The notes: generated from the sequence alone by a model not told the origin. A DNA stretch of 49,111 nucleotides from Trichomonas gallinae (GCA_008369845.1 MRSU01007902.1:1-49111), one strand, 5' to 3'. Counted from the first letter of the stretch, positions 21,570 to 33,900 are shown. Translations and numbers: made by a program.

Positions 21570-22700
21570 ATAAATGATAAAATCTCTCAAATTTCAAATG
21601 TCGATTCAATTTTAAACGTGCTCATTTTGTATTTTGTCATCTGTTGTTGTCCATGCATTTCACAATTGTGCATCATCATTTCTAAGTTGCATATCGATGC
21701 AGCACCTGATTTTGTACACCAATTTAGCGAAATTTCAAGCAATATCAATTTTGATCGTCGTTATTTGTTGTATCAAAATGCCAATGAGCTATATAGTATT
21801 ATACCATTAATATTTTCAATGAAACAATGATGATCAAAATTTATGAAAAATATTTTAGATTTGGATTAATAAATCATTAAATTATATCATTTGGACAATA
21901 CCATTAATAACTCATATCTCACGTTCATAATCAATTATTGATTTTCAAAATTGTAAAAGAACAATATCTTTTGGCACAATTGCATTTATATTTTTCAGTA
22001 TTAATACTCACAAAATAACACAACATGACATTTTGTTTAGATAAAAAAAAATTGCAATTATTCTGATTTTATTTGGTAATGATCAATAATTATATGGTTA
22101 AATAATGATCAAAATTTTATCAAACTCTTAATGAGTATCTGGTTTTTGCTCAAATTCGAATAGATGATGATGATTTAAATATATTTATCTCCGATTTGAA
22201 TATCGCATCCCATATTAATGAATATGAGAGTTATATCAAGCTGGGAACTATATTACATCTGCATCTTTGGAATTGATAGATATTCAATTAATCAAATTGA
22301 ATTATAATGTATTACCTTTGCATCTTTGAAATATTAATAGATTTTAGAAAACTAATAAGAATTAATTATCAATGCATTCCAAATCTAACTTAAATGTATT
22401 TTATAATTTCAGAGTTCAATATGGAATACTATAAGTTAGGTATTCTAATGAAAAAGGATGTCATATGCAAAAGAATCTACGATGTATGAAAATAAATTTG
22501 GAGAATTTTTATTGAGACGTCTTTGAAAACATTGTAATGATATGGAATGCCACAATATGCACTCAATAACGACATTTAACTTTCTTTAAAGTTTGATATT
22601 AATGATGGGTTTTGTTCAAAAATATTTTTAATAAATTTCATCGAAGACCAAAGATTTGCATATGAGAAAATTGTTTTAATGCTTATAATCATTCTATCTA
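21570..22700 (+). pseudogene. Possible heavily decayed gene remnant (ankyrin/DUF3447-like fragments)
   Basis: Fragments such as AQIRIDDDDLNIFISDL and LYYICIFG among many stops; the resemblance is weak. Confidence 0.25.
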
Positions 22701-22941
22701 TAATGTTTATATGCCTCAAGATGTTGTTCAAATTTCAGCCGACAAAAATTTTATTTCAAAATCGCTCAAAAACACAATAAATCAAATATGTAGACAATAA
22801 ATATGCATAATATAAAAAGAAAATCGTAAAATCTATAAAATTTTCAAAATCAGTCAAAAACATGATAAATTGAATCGAAATACTCCAAATAACAAATATA
22901 TCGAATGAAAACTGTGAAAAGTTATAGTTTTTGTAATTTTG

Positions 22942-22946
22942 TCACT
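22942..22946 (+). promoter_or_regulatory. Initiator (Inr) of the ARM-repeat gene
   Basis: TCACT 12 nt upstream of the ATG at 22959. Confidence 0.65.
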
Positions 22947-22958
22947 TTTAGAAATTAA

Positions 22959-24383
22959 ATGGATGATACCGAAATAAATCAAAAAGGTAGCATGAAGGAG
23001 TATCTCGCGCATGTTGCTAAGGAGCGAACATCTCTATCACTGACGTTGAGGAGGTCTGTGAGGCCTTCTATCGCTGCAATTCGAGCAAATTCGATTTTAA
23101 CTAAAAAACAAAGAAGTCCGCTTATTGAAAACGAAATATGTCCGTACCTTACGCCAGAAGGAGCGGTTGAATGCATAAATAGCAACAATATCTCGCAAAT
23201 TGTAGAAATGGCAGCAATAATCGAGAATTGCGCCACAACGAATCAACGACTGTTAGATAAACTTGTTTGTTCAGAAGAATTAGCAATTGAAATCGTTCAA
23301 TCATTAACAAATGATTCAATTCAAGAAAACTTCCGAGTTCACGTCATGGAAATCATTTGTTCATTATTCAGCGCGTCTAACATCATATCAGAGAATTACG
23401 TCGACAACGGTTTAACAATGTCAATCATCGAATTAATACAATCAGATTCAACAACTCTTGTTACAGCGTCATTGACTTTAATAAGACAGATATCTGGTGT
23501 TGCTTACGTCAAAGATTCAATGATTACGTTTGGAATTCCAGATTATCTTCTCGAAATAATCGGATCAACAGAAGATCCAAGTATTATTGAAGATATTTGT
23601 GTTGCTATCTGCACAATATTCCACAATGTCGATGAGGTTGATTCCACAGTTTTAGAAGACTACATTTCAAAGCTTGCGCCATTATTAGATTTAGATAACG
23701 TAAATGCAGTTAAAGCGATAATCACAGCATACGTGAGCATTACAGATCAGCAGCCGATGCTTATCCACAACTGCTATGACTGTGGAATCCCTCTGAAAAC
23801 TATGGAATTATTGCAAAATGAAAATCTCGTTGGAGCTTGCTTGATATTGCTGGCGAACTTCTGTCATTTTCATCCAAAACAAGTTATTACGCTCCTCCAA
23901 GCTGGTTTGTTGGATATTTTGGCGCAATTTGCTCAAACAAATCATGCTGGTGGGAGTTTCTCAATTTTATCAAATTTAATCGAAAGTATAACAAACGAAG
24001 TTATCGATTTTTGCTACAATTTAATTCCATACGCTCTTCAATTAACTCAATCATGTTCATTCGAAACCAAAAAGGAAATTTCGTATTTCATCTGTACATT
24101 TATCATGTTCTCTACATCTACAGTTATTAAATCAATATTACATGAAGATATTCTCGATTTAATTATAGAAATGCTTGGATGTTCAATTCCAATCATAATC
24201 AACAGGTGTTTAGACTCCATACAAAAACTCGCTACAGTTATGGATGCTGATACGCTCGAAATCAGTCCAGAAACTATTGAAGATTTGATTTCAGCATTAG
24301 AAGAACTTACAAGGTCAGGAACTAAGCATATTGCTCACTATTCCACTCATATTTTAACTCATCTCCAAAGTTTGAAACTATAA
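22959..24383 (+). CDS. Armadillo-repeat, importin-alpha-like protein
   Basis: Basic IBB-like N-terminal segment (KERTSLSLTLRRSVR...LTKKQR), ~42-aa helical repeats, and SFETKKEISYFICT resembling importin-alpha DFxTxKEA. Confidence 0.7.
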   Translation: MDDTEINQKGSMKEYLAHVAKERTSLSLTLRRSVRPSIAAIRANSILTKKQRSPLIENEICPYLTPEGAVECINSNNISQIVEMAAIIENCATTNQRLLDKLVCSEELAIEIVQSLTNDSIQENFRVHVMEIICSLFSASNIISENYVDNGLTMSIIELIQSDSTTLVTASLTLIRQISGVAYVKDSMITFGIPDYLLEIIGSTEDPSIIEDICVAICTIFHNVDEVDSTVLEDYISKLAPLLDLDNVNAVKAIITAYVSITDQQPMLIHNCYDCGIPLKTMELLQNENLVGACLILLANFCHFHPKQVITLLQAGLLDILAQFAQTNHAGGSFSILSNLIESITNEVIDFCYNLIPYALQLTQSCSFETKKEISYFICTFIMFSTSTVIKSILHEDILDLIIEMLGCSIPIIINRCLDSIQKLATVMDADTLEISPETIEDLISALEELTRSGTKHIAHYSTHILTHLQSLKL

Positions 24384-24574
24384 TGGAATTTTTTCATTAT
24401 TATTTGTTTTTTGTCTTAAATTATTGTTATGTTTTGATAGTAATTTGTTTCATATTTATTTTATATATTCTAGAAGCAAAGAAAAAGTTAATCTTTGATT
24501 CAAAATATGGATTGATTAAATATTTAATACAATCTGCAATGTAAATAAATTATACACACAGTAGTTTAGGTCAT

Positions 24575-25807
24575 TTAGCGTTTTGTATAACTTCCGAAGA
24601 TGTCAAATGATCTGAGGACTAATCTCTTATTGTTTGTTCCATTATTTTCTAATTGTGTAAATCTGAAGAAAGAGTAAAGATTTGTGTTGTTAGCGCAATG
24701 GAATTTGACTGGTTCTTTGGATTTAATGAGAACGTCATCTTCTCTTTCATCGATTAATTCCCAAATTTCTTGATCATTTGATCCTTCAACTTTCCACTTG
24801 ATCGGTGCAACAATTTGGGCCGATCCTGTGTAGCTCTCGAGGATATAATCAAATAATAAAAACTTTCCTTCTTTCATTTCAATTTGAATCCATTCAAGTA
24901 CAGAACTTTGGTCTCCAGAGCAGTAGTAGCGATCATCACCTGCATTCTTATTATCTAACATATCGAATAACATCATTGGACCAAATTTTTCATCAAATGA
25001 GGAAGAAACTGTAACAGAAAAGATTCCAGACTCATTGACTGGTTTTTCAATGTGCTGAATATTCTTTCTGATGAATCCCATTCTTGGTTTTCCTTCAGAA
25101 TATCTGTAAAATTCTTCCGAACCCGAGATTGATAATAAAAGATTGTTGAGTATATGTGAATACTTTGCGAGGTTTATATTTGGATAACTGAGAAGTCTTG
25201 GAAGCAAAGAAATATCTTCCGATTCGATTGACTCTAGATATGAAACGAGTAATGGTTCGAAATCTGTATCAAATTCGACGCGAGATATAACGAAATTGCC
25301 GAATTCTGCTGGATTATGAAGAACATACATTTGATTCTCTTTGATTTTAGAAATTAATGAAGCTGGTGAATTTCTGATTGATGGTGTTTCTAATGCTGTT
25401 CCAAAATCTTTTGCAATTCGTTGAATTAAGTTTTCATCAAATAAATTGCATTCGGCAAGCTTATTTGCTAGATCTATAATCTGATCAAGGGTATCATCTT
25501 CTAAATATTTGCGAGAGAAGTTTATAAGATCATCAATTCCGAGTGCAGAGCCGACAGCAAAATAAAATCTTGCGTTTTCTGCGTTAATTTGGAAACCACC
25601 GTAATATAAATGCTTAACAAATTCATCAAATGGTCCTGGAATATTTGGAATTTTTATTGTTTGAATATTTTTGTGTGTTGTTGCAATAAGTTTGGAATAC
25701 ATAACTAAAACATCTGGAATTACCCAGTAATGCTTGTTATTGTAAAACAGATCCAATGTAGCCCATCTTTGACAATAAGCAAATGATGACAAATCGAATC
25801 TTTCCAT
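24575..25807 (-). CDS. BTB/POZ + F5/8 type C (discoidin-like) domain protein
   Basis: N-terminal BTB-like region (FDEFVKHLYYGGFQINAENARFYFAVGSALGI). C-terminal WIQIEM...YIL...KWKVEGSNDQEIWELID...YSFFRFTQ...FDIFG. Confidence 0.85.
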   Translation of the reverse strand: MERFDLSSFAYCQRWATLDLFYNNKHYWVIPDVLVMYSKLIATTHKNIQTIKIPNIPGPFDEFVKHLYYGGFQINAENARFYFAVGSALGIDDLINFSRKYLEDDTLDQIIDLANKLAECNLFDENLIQRIAKDFGTALETPSIRNSPASLISKIKENQMYVLHNPAEFGNFVISRVEFDTDFEPLLVSYLESIESEDISLLPRLLSYPNINLAKYSHILNNLLLSISGSEEFYRYSEGKPRMGFIRKNIQHIEKPVNESGIFSVTVSSSFDEKFGPMMLFDMLDNKNAGDDRYYCSGDQSSVLEWIQIEMKEGKFLLFDYILESYTGSAQIVAPIKWKVEGSNDQEIWELIDEREDDVLIKSKEPVKFHCANNTNLYSFFRFTQLENNGTNNKRLVLRSFDIFGSYTKR

Positions 25808-25848
25808 TCAGTCTTTTTACTATTTTTTGACAAAATAGTTTACAATGT

Positions 25849-26040
25849 TTTACACGACAAATATTGATTTACATGACATATTTGAAAATTATATGGCAAA
25901 TTAAAAATTTACATGACAACATTGTATATTTACATATCAGAATATATTTATTTGACAAAACATATATTTACATGACAAAACGATTCAAAAATAAATTTAC
26001 CAAACAAACTTATTCAATTTTTGAGAATATGTCATGTAAA
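25849..26040. repeat. Array of ~20-bp-spaced TTTACATGACAA-like motifs in a divergent intergenic region
   Basis: Copies start at 25849, 25868, 25888, 25908, 25929, 25947, 25967 and (weak) 25996. An inverted copy ATGTCATGTAAA lies at 26029-26040. Linkers are unrelated AT-rich sequence. Confidence 0.8.
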
Positions 26041-26095
26041 ATGATTATTTGGCAAAAAGAAAATTGTGTTCTCAATGTCACCTTTTTCTATAACT

Positions 26096-27139
26096 ATGAG
26101 ATCTTTATTCTCTTTATTATCTAGGAAAAAACCAAGTAACGAGAATAGAGAAAAAATAGAAGTAAAAACAAACCAAGTACGAACCCCATATGATGAATTT
26201 CTCGATAGACTTCGCCATAGAAAATACGAAGAAATATTTGCTCAAGATTATGCAACAATAACCAAATTTATTCAACAAGCAGCAAATCAAAACAAGGAAA
26301 ACCCAGATCCAAGCATCGAATACAGCCTTAGAGATTTCGCGCTAGATATAGATTTTTTATCAGATATCGACAACAAAATTACAGACGCTATTAAATACAT
26401 TGCAATCATGATAGAAATTGGAGAGCATGCCTATTTTGCAAACGCTGCGAGAATTGCAACGTTTCTCGATTTGATGTCTAAAAAATTAATCGAAGAAGAC
26501 AAAATTGGCATCCTCGCTCAAACAGATTTAAGGAACAAACATCATAAAATCGTTCAATTTTTACAGAGAGGCTCAAAACATTCAAACATTGTTGCAATAG
26601 CGCTAGATAAAGAATTTAAGGATATGTCTTCTCTTGCAACATCATTGGTTAATATTGCCTTCGTTGAACGAGCATTATATAGCCTTCAAGAAAGTAATAA
26701 TAATAGCTGCTTTTCAAAATACCAATCCTCTAAATATACAGATTCTCTAAATGAAGCATTAAGCGCTGCTACATTAGTTAAGACAATCTTTCAAACTTCT
26801 CGCGTTTTTGTCCGCCATCCACAAACATATGAATTATTAACTGAAAATGATATAACAAAACTGATAGAAGACATCAAAGCATATATCTCAAAGATTCACT
26901 GTGATGGTACACTTAATATAGACCATGCAATAATTCTTGCCAATTCTGGTAAAATCGATCTTGCAAAAGATTATTTTATCAAGCTTGGTGAGAACAAGAG
27001 ATTTGATCTAGCTAAGATTTTGGTGCATGGAATCTCCAATAAAGATGACAAGAAGATATTTGCAAATAATTTCATCGAAGGCTGCAAGAATGGAAAAGGA
27101 AGAGTTCCGATATGGCTCAGCAATATTACTAAATTATAG
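26096..27139 (+). CDS. Hypothetical alpha-helical protein
   Basis: Long ORF whose track start at 26066 is GTG. Likely ATG is 26096 (MRSLFSLLSRKK), preceded by TCACCTTT (Inr/M5-like); an alternative ATG is at 26075. No motif recognised. Confidence 0.7.
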   Translation: MRSLFSLLSRKKPSNENREKIEVKTNQVRTPYDEFLDRLRHRKYEEIFAQDYATITKFIQQAANQNKENPDPSIEYSLRDFALDIDFLSDIDNKITDAIKYIAIMIEIGEHAYFANAARIATFLDLMSKKLIEEDKIGILAQTDLRNKHHKIVQFLQRGSKHSNIVAIALDKEFKDMSSLATSLVNIAFVERALYSLQESNNNSCFSKYQSSKYTDSLNEALSAATLVKTIFQTSRVFVRHPQTYELLTENDITKLIEDIKAYISKIHCDGTLNIDHAIILANSGKIDLAKDYFIKLGENKRFDLAKILVHGISNKDDKKIFANNFIEGCKNGKGRVPIWLSNITKL

Positions 27140-28193
27140 AATTTGGACAACTTTGTTCACTAATAGATGTAAACTTTATTTTTTATATTTTTTTTTTGCT
27201 TTTTCACAATTCAGGTTTAAACCAATATTTTCAACAAGCATAACTCTAATTAATGTTTATGAATAAAGGATGATGAATTACACAGTTTCATCAACTCAAT
27301 CATAGACATTCCGCATCCTGCAAGAAATGATGCTTTTATAATAGACTCTTAGTATACATGTTTGTGATCAACTCATTTAATAAAATTGAGAAATCAAGAC
27401 AAAAACCTAAAAACACCTATAAATACATTCATTATCTTAAGATACATATATCATGCCGTTACACTTTTTAATGAATACTTTTATATAGCAGAGATTATTG
27501 GGAGGAAACTCATTTTCAACAAAAGCAGACTATTCTCGATTTCATATTTTGATATATCAAATGTATTCGCATTTAAATGATAAATATGCATTATTCACTT
27601 TTAATTTTGTTATTTTTAAATGAAAACATGGGTTAATCAACAAAATAAATTGCAGCAAATTCAATCATGAGAATTATGCCTTTCAGCTTGCGTCATCATT
27701 GTACTATGTAACTCAGTAGTTTGTTGGTTGATGATGAAATTGAACCATGAAGATTTTTGCTGCGCTATTATTGAAATATGCCAACAGTTTTCAGTTATAT
27801 AAATTTAAATGTATATTTAGTAAGAAAATGAATTGAATCTGAATTTTATTCATTTTATTTCTCCTTACATGGTTAATTACAAAATCAAAAATTCGAAGAC
27901 CAAATATCAACTCAAATGCTTATAAAATGACATTCTGTATAACAAAAGCAGGCTATTTATGATAATGAGAAGTGATTATCCAACAGTTTCAACGTAAAAA
28001 TAATCGAAAATTTTCTGAAAACATGATATCATTATAGCTTATATAGAATAGATTATAAATATATGGAAAATTTGTAACTAACGTTTTTTTTTTCGGTTGT
28101 AAAGTTTTAAAAAAATTAAAAACATGATTCTAAACAAGGAAAAGAACCCAGATTTCAAAAAATAAAAATAAAAAATCTGTTTACAAATTTTAT

Positions 28194-30311
28194 ATGAGCG
28201 TTTGGGAAGCTATAGACAACGAAGACCTGAACGCCGTCAAGGCGTGGGTCAAGGAGACAAGTGATATTAACGAGTTAAATGCTGACGGACTGAATATCTT
28301 GATGTACTGCCTCAAAAACGGCAAGAAAGAAATTGGTTCATTTCTTATCCGCTCCAAGATCGATTTGAAGTACGTAGATCCGCAGGGAAAGGATGCTATC
28401 ATGTACGCTATTGAGGGTGGTCTCGGAATTGCCGTGCAGCCACTCGTTAAGCAAAAACACGTTTTAACAAACGTCGATCATCATGGAAGGTCGCCACTTC
28501 ACTACGCATGCATCTACGGATCGAAGGCTGGTGCTGATTTCCTCCTCAAATCTAAAGTTCCTGTCGCTGGTGTCGATGAAGATGGAAATACTCCTCTTCA
28601 TTTAGCCCTTATCAACAAAACTAAAGGAATGTTGCAGCTATTCGCGCAATACAACCCACCATACAATAAACCAAACAAGAAAGGCGAAACTTTGGCACAT
28701 CTCGCTGTCTACAACCAGAGCGTTGAGATTATCAAGTATTTAGGCAACAAGAAGTTCAACGTCGACTGGAATGTAGCCGATGCAGAGGGTTTAACACCCG
28801 CTCTCATTGCTGCAAAGGTTGGCGCTGAAAAAGTTCTCCAGCTTCTGTTCAAGTTAGGAGCCTCTCCATCTGCTAAAATTGCTGATGGATCTACAATTGT
28901 CCACCTCGCAGCCGCTGGAGGCCACGCGGCTATAATTCCAATCACATCATCTGTTGGCGCGCCAATTGATGAGGCAAACAACGACGGTATCAAACCAATA
29001 CACTACGCCTGCATGAGTGGCAGTATTCAAATCGTCACAGCTCTTCAAAAAGCTTTAGCAGATTTAAACTCTCCGGATAAAGACGGAGACGTATCAATTC
29101 ACTACGCTGTTCGTAACAACCACATCCAGGTCGTCGAGTTCCTGATACAGAACGGCGTCGATATCAACTCACACGGAAAAGATAAAAAGACGCCACTTCA
29201 TTTAGCCGTTGAACTCAACTATCCTGAAATGGTTCAGCTCCTTACTGAGCATTCTTGCGAAACAACGCCAAAAGATATCAACGGTGACACACCTTTGCAT
29301 TACGCAGTCAAAGCAATCAACATTCCAATCATCAACTTGCTCATTGCTGCTGGTGCCACGACAAACAACACATCCAACGATGGAACAGCTCCATTACACA
29401 TTGTTGCTGAACAAAATCAAATCGAAGTTGCAAAGATTTTGTTCGCTGCTGGTGCTGATGCTAATGTCAAGAATACAAATAACGAAACTCCAATGCACAT
29501 TGGTTCATTATTCGGCTCTGATGATATAATTTCAATTTTCATCGAGCAGCACGCCGACTTAAACGCTCAAGATAGCAAGGGACAGACTCCAATGCACATC
29601 GCTACACTGAATTGCCACATTGGAATCATCAAGAAGCTCGGCGAAGCTGGTGCTGATCCAAATATCAAAGATGCTGAAGGAAAAACACCACTTATTATCG
29701 CTTGCTCAATGCAGAACGAAGAGTATGTTGCAACACTGCTCTCATTCCAGGCCAATGTCGCTCTCGCTGATGTGAATGGAAGAACAGCCCTTCACTACGT
29801 CGCTGATTTGGCAAATTTCAAGCTTACTCAGCTTCTTCTTAAGCATGATGCCCCAGTTAACGTCGTGGATGTCGAAAAGAACCTTCCTTTGCATCTTGCT
29901 GCATTGAAGATGGACAAGAAAGTCGTTGCTGCCCTTATCAATGCTGGTGCTGATGTCAAAGTCATGAATACTAAAGGATTAACACCAATGCAAGGCACAA
30001 GACTCACATTCTCCAAATACATGAAGAATCTCGTCAAAGAGCGCGATGAGAAGGAAATGGAAGTCAACCCGAACCAGTACGAGCCAGGAAATGTCCTCGA
30101 TCAGTCGAATCACGTTTTGCAGGGTGATTCTGAATTAAGAGAAATGATCTGCTTGCTCTGCAAGAGAAGACCAGCTGTAGCCGCTATGGTTCCATGCGGA
30201 CATCTTTGCTGCTGCGAGGTCTGCCAGAAAGAGAGAGTTTCTTCTCTCAAGGTCTGCCCGTTCTGCAAGAAAGAAATTTATGGCGCAGTTAACATTCTCG
30301 TCGAGTTTTAA
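28194..30311 (+). CDS. Ankyrin-repeat protein with C-terminal RING finger (probable E3 ubiquitin ligase)
   Basis: More than 15 GxTPLHxA-type repeats followed by CLLC...PCGHLCCCEVC...CPFC (IAP/Mind-bomb-type RING). Confidence 0.93.
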   Translation: MSVWEAIDNEDLNAVKAWVKETSDINELNADGLNILMYCLKNGKKEIGSFLIRSKIDLKYVDPQGKDAIMYAIEGGLGIAVQPLVKQKHVLTNVDHHGRSPLHYACIYGSKAGADFLLKSKVPVAGVDEDGNTPLHLALINKTKGMLQLFAQYNPPYNKPNKKGETLAHLAVYNQSVEIIKYLGNKKFNVDWNVADAEGLTPALIAAKVGAEKVLQLLFKLGASPSAKIADGSTIVHLAAAGGHAAIIPITSSVGAPIDEANNDGIKPIHYACMSGSIQIVTALQKALADLNSPDKDGDVSIHYAVRNNHIQVVEFLIQNGVDINSHGKDKKTPLHLAVELNYPEMVQLLTEHSCETTPKDINGDTPLHYAVKAINIPIINLLIAAGATTNNTSNDGTAPLHIVAEQNQIEVAKILFAAGADANVKNTNNETPMHIGSLFGSDDIISIFIEQHADLNAQDSKGQTPMHIATLNCHIGIIKKLGEAGADPNIKDAEGKTPLIIACSMQNEEYVATLLSFQANVALADVNGRTALHYVADLANFKLTQLLLKHDAPVNVVDVEKNLPLHLAALKMDKKVVAALINAGADVKVMNTKGLTPMQGTRLTFSKYMKNLVKERDEKEMEVNPNQYEPGNVLDQSNHVLQGDSELREMICLLCKRRPAVAAMVPCGHLCCCEVCQKERVSSLKVCPFCKKEIYGAVNILVEF

Positions 30312-30989
30312 CTTGTCTGTTATTGTGTTCTTTTTGTAAACGCTTATACTATATTATTTTCGATTTTTTTCTTTCTTCTTAACAATTATAATAAAACGGT
30401 TTGCATTTTAATACTTATATCAAGCATATTAAACAAAAGCATAAAGCAATTGCTGAAAAATTAATTGAAATTTTTATATTTTCAATCCATTATATAGGAA
30501 ATAAAACAATTTACCAAGTTATATAGATTCCATTTCTATAGTGTATCAATACTATATCTAAGAAATAATGTGTTATCCTATGGATTTTGTTATATTATAA
30601 TTTCGCGGGAATTTTTCTTATTTAGGGGGTGAATCCAAGTATTTTCCTTTCTTTTCATAAATAAAAATCAAGATCAAGAAAAACCAATATAAATAAATAT
30701 TAATATGTCCATCCATAAGTAATATACTGTGCTATTTCATCTCAAATCGTGAGATAAATTTAGATATTTTTCATTATATTAATATGCATCATCTAATTTA
30801 AAAGATATTTCTGTAGTAAAAATAATACTCAAAGCTTATGACCTAAAATTGAATTTCAAAATTTCAAAAAATTAAATCTTAAATTTTAACAATATGTTAT
30901 ATGACAAAAAGTGAAATATGATATGTATACAATTTAAAAATCGCTAAAATGGACTGGAGAGCAAAATAGCGCTTAACAAAAGTGACAAG

Positions 30990-33900
30990 ATGACTGATAA
31001 GTATGAAGCCGGTTCTCTTCGCTCGGTCAGAATGATTAATTTTATGAAGCATTCGAATCTTTTGATTGAGCTGAAGCCACATGTCAACTTTATTACAGGA
31101 AGAAACGGCTCAGGAAAATCTTCAATTTTGGTTGCTATTTCTGTTGGCCTTGGATGCAATTCTAGGCTGTCAGGAAGAGGCAGCAACCTCGCTGATTTGA
31201 TTAAAGATGGACAAAACAAAGCAATCATCACAATCACAATTCAAAACGGACCAGATGGTTATAACTACGATACTTACGGCAACGAAATTGTTATCAAGCG
31301 ATCAATCACCAAATCTACGAGCTCATTCGAAATCGAAGGATTCAAAAAGACGCAAAATGTAAATATTCGAGATGAATTAGAAAGAATTCGTTCATTTTTC
31401 AACATTCAAATCGATAATCCATGTTCTATTATGCATCAGGATACTGCTCGTGAATTCATAAGTTCATCATCGCCAACAAGAAAATATGAACTTTTTATGA
31501 AAGGCACGCTTTTGTCGCATCTTGTCGAAGAAATCAAAATCATCAAGCAAAATATAGATAGAGTCGATTCGCAAAAGGCTCAAAGACTCGAAGAAAAAAT
31601 CGAACTCGATCGAGAATTCGAAAAACAAGAGAGAAAATACCAAATTGTTAAAGAGGCAGATGGTATCCATCAAAGAATACACGATCTTGAAGATGAATTA
31701 GTTTGGTCACACTACAGAGAAGCAAATCAAAAAGTTCAAGATGTTGTCAATAAAATGAGCGACACACACGCAAGAATCGACGAGAAAAACATTGTTATCG
31801 AGGAAAAGAGACGTAAGAAAGAAGAAGCTCAAAGATTATACGATGATAATAAAAAAGAATACGAAAATCATATGGCAAAAGTTACTGAGATTAGAAATCA
31901 GATTCAAAATCTTTCTGGAAAGCTCCTTCCAATTAAATCAGAGCTTCATACTGCAAAATCAAACTTGAATCATAGAACAAACTCAGTTCAAGCTTACGAA
32001 AAAGAAATACAGAATAAGACTAACAAGCTTGCAACGATGGAAGCACAAAGAGAGCGCGAGCAGCAAGATGCAGAAAATCGCAGAAGAAAATTCATAGAAG
32101 AAAGACAAACAGAACTCGCAAACATAGAACCAAAGGTTCCTAGCTTCGACAATCAAATTGACCAACTCGCAAGAGAAATCTCTCATTTAGGAACAGAAGA
32201 ATCGCAAGCATCTTCAAGATATAGAGAAGATGACTCTAAACTTCAAAGCATCAAAAGCAAACTCGACACACTCAAGAAAGCATCAGGAGATAAGCACGAT
32301 AGTGATGTTGGCTCTTCAAATAATTATGATTTCAAACCATTCGGCCCTCTTCTCAACTATATCCACATGAAAGACAACATGAGCAAGTGGGGACTAGCTG
32401 CACAGCACATTATTGGTAAAGCATTAGATACTTATATTGTACACTCGAAGAATGACGAGCAGCAGTTCCGTAAGATCAACCCCACGGCCACAATTGTGCA
32501 GACTAGCTTCACAAACGGCCGCTACAACATTGGAAATCACGGACCACCGTGCGAAGGTGCTCAAAGGATCATAGATGTGCTTTCTTTTAGAGATGAACAA
32601 ATCACTGGCTTCGACCAGCGCCAGAAGAAGACTGTGCACACAGAGGACATCATCTACAATGTCTTGATTGATATATATAACGCTGATAGAACTTGGTGCG
32701 TCGAAGATGAAAGGCTGGCGAAAGAAGTCGCGTATTCAGGAAAGGTTCCTGGCACAATTACTACCAGCGGCGTGCAATATAAGATACAGAGCGGCTACGA
32801 AGTCATGCTCGGCGCGAAGAATATGTCAGTGAGAATTGGCGAAGACACATCATCGAGAATTAAACAGCTCGAAAGCGAATATAACTATATTAGTCAGAGA
32901 AGGCAGGAATCCAACAGAGTCATGACACAACTGAGAAAGGATATATCTGACCTGAAGAACCAGAGGAATGACAAAGAAAGACAGAAGACACAGCTCATAC
33001 ACAGAATCAACAGGATCAAGGCAGAACTGCAGAATCCGCCAAGCGATGGCAGCGACATTGAAGATAGAATTTCATCTCTTAAGGACCAGATCGTCGACTT
33101 GAAGAAGAAGATCGAGGAAGAGAAAGAGTCGATTCCGCAGCTGCAGACGCGTATACAGACACTGAACGGCGAAAAGGCACAACTGCAGGCACAGATTGAA
33201 GAGATCAACGACCAGCTGAAGAGCCAGTCAAATGACAAATCTAACTCAGACAACCTTTACAGAATGATCAAGACGGCTGAGCGCGAATATGACACTGAGA
33301 TGAGAGAGAAAGACGTCTTAGTGCAAAAGCTGAATAACCAAGAAGCGGAGATGCGCAGGCTTGACAATGAAGCGAAGACGATTTACGAGAAAGCGATGAA
33401 GCATTCACCAGAGAGAGAAAATGAATTCAAGAATAACACTAGGCCGCCTACAGTGCTTTCTCAACTGCTCAAGCAAGAGAGAGAGAAATACGAGGAAGCG
33501 CAGAAGACGAACGGACTCGATTTCAATCAGGTTAGGCACCAATATGAGAAGATGAAGAAGGAAGTGCAGCACGCTGAGACATACTTAAACGATCTCGCTG
33601 AATTTATTGATCACTCTCAAGAAGCTTTGAAGATGAGAGAAAAGAAGCTAGAAGAAATGAGGCATTCTATCACTAGAAGAACTAAAGTCTCATTCATGCA
33701 GTACCAGTCAAAGAGAAAGTACACAGGAAAGATTAAGTTCGATCACGATTCACATGTGATCAACATCGCAGTCAAGCAGAAGGCAGACTCAGAGTTCACA
33801 GATGTTTCTAACTTGTCAGGTGGTGAGAAAACATTCTGCCTCGTTTCTTTGTTGCTTTCTCTTTGGGATGTCATGGAGTGTCCATTCTACTGCGTCGACG

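Noticed and set aside
25849..26040. CRISPR-like interpretation of the repeat/spacer pattern
   Set aside because: Eukaryotic context, 12-nt degenerate cores with ~8-nt linkers, and no cas genes; the dimensions are incompatible with CRISPR.
25864..26124. 86-aa ORF across the motif array
   Set aside because: TTG start, a by-product of AT-rich repeats, and it overlaps the promoter and start of the next gene.
27270..27800. Slightly protein-like fragments between the hypothetical gene and the ankyrin-RING gene
   Set aside because: No sustained frame or recognisable motif; cannot be distinguished from intergenic DNA.
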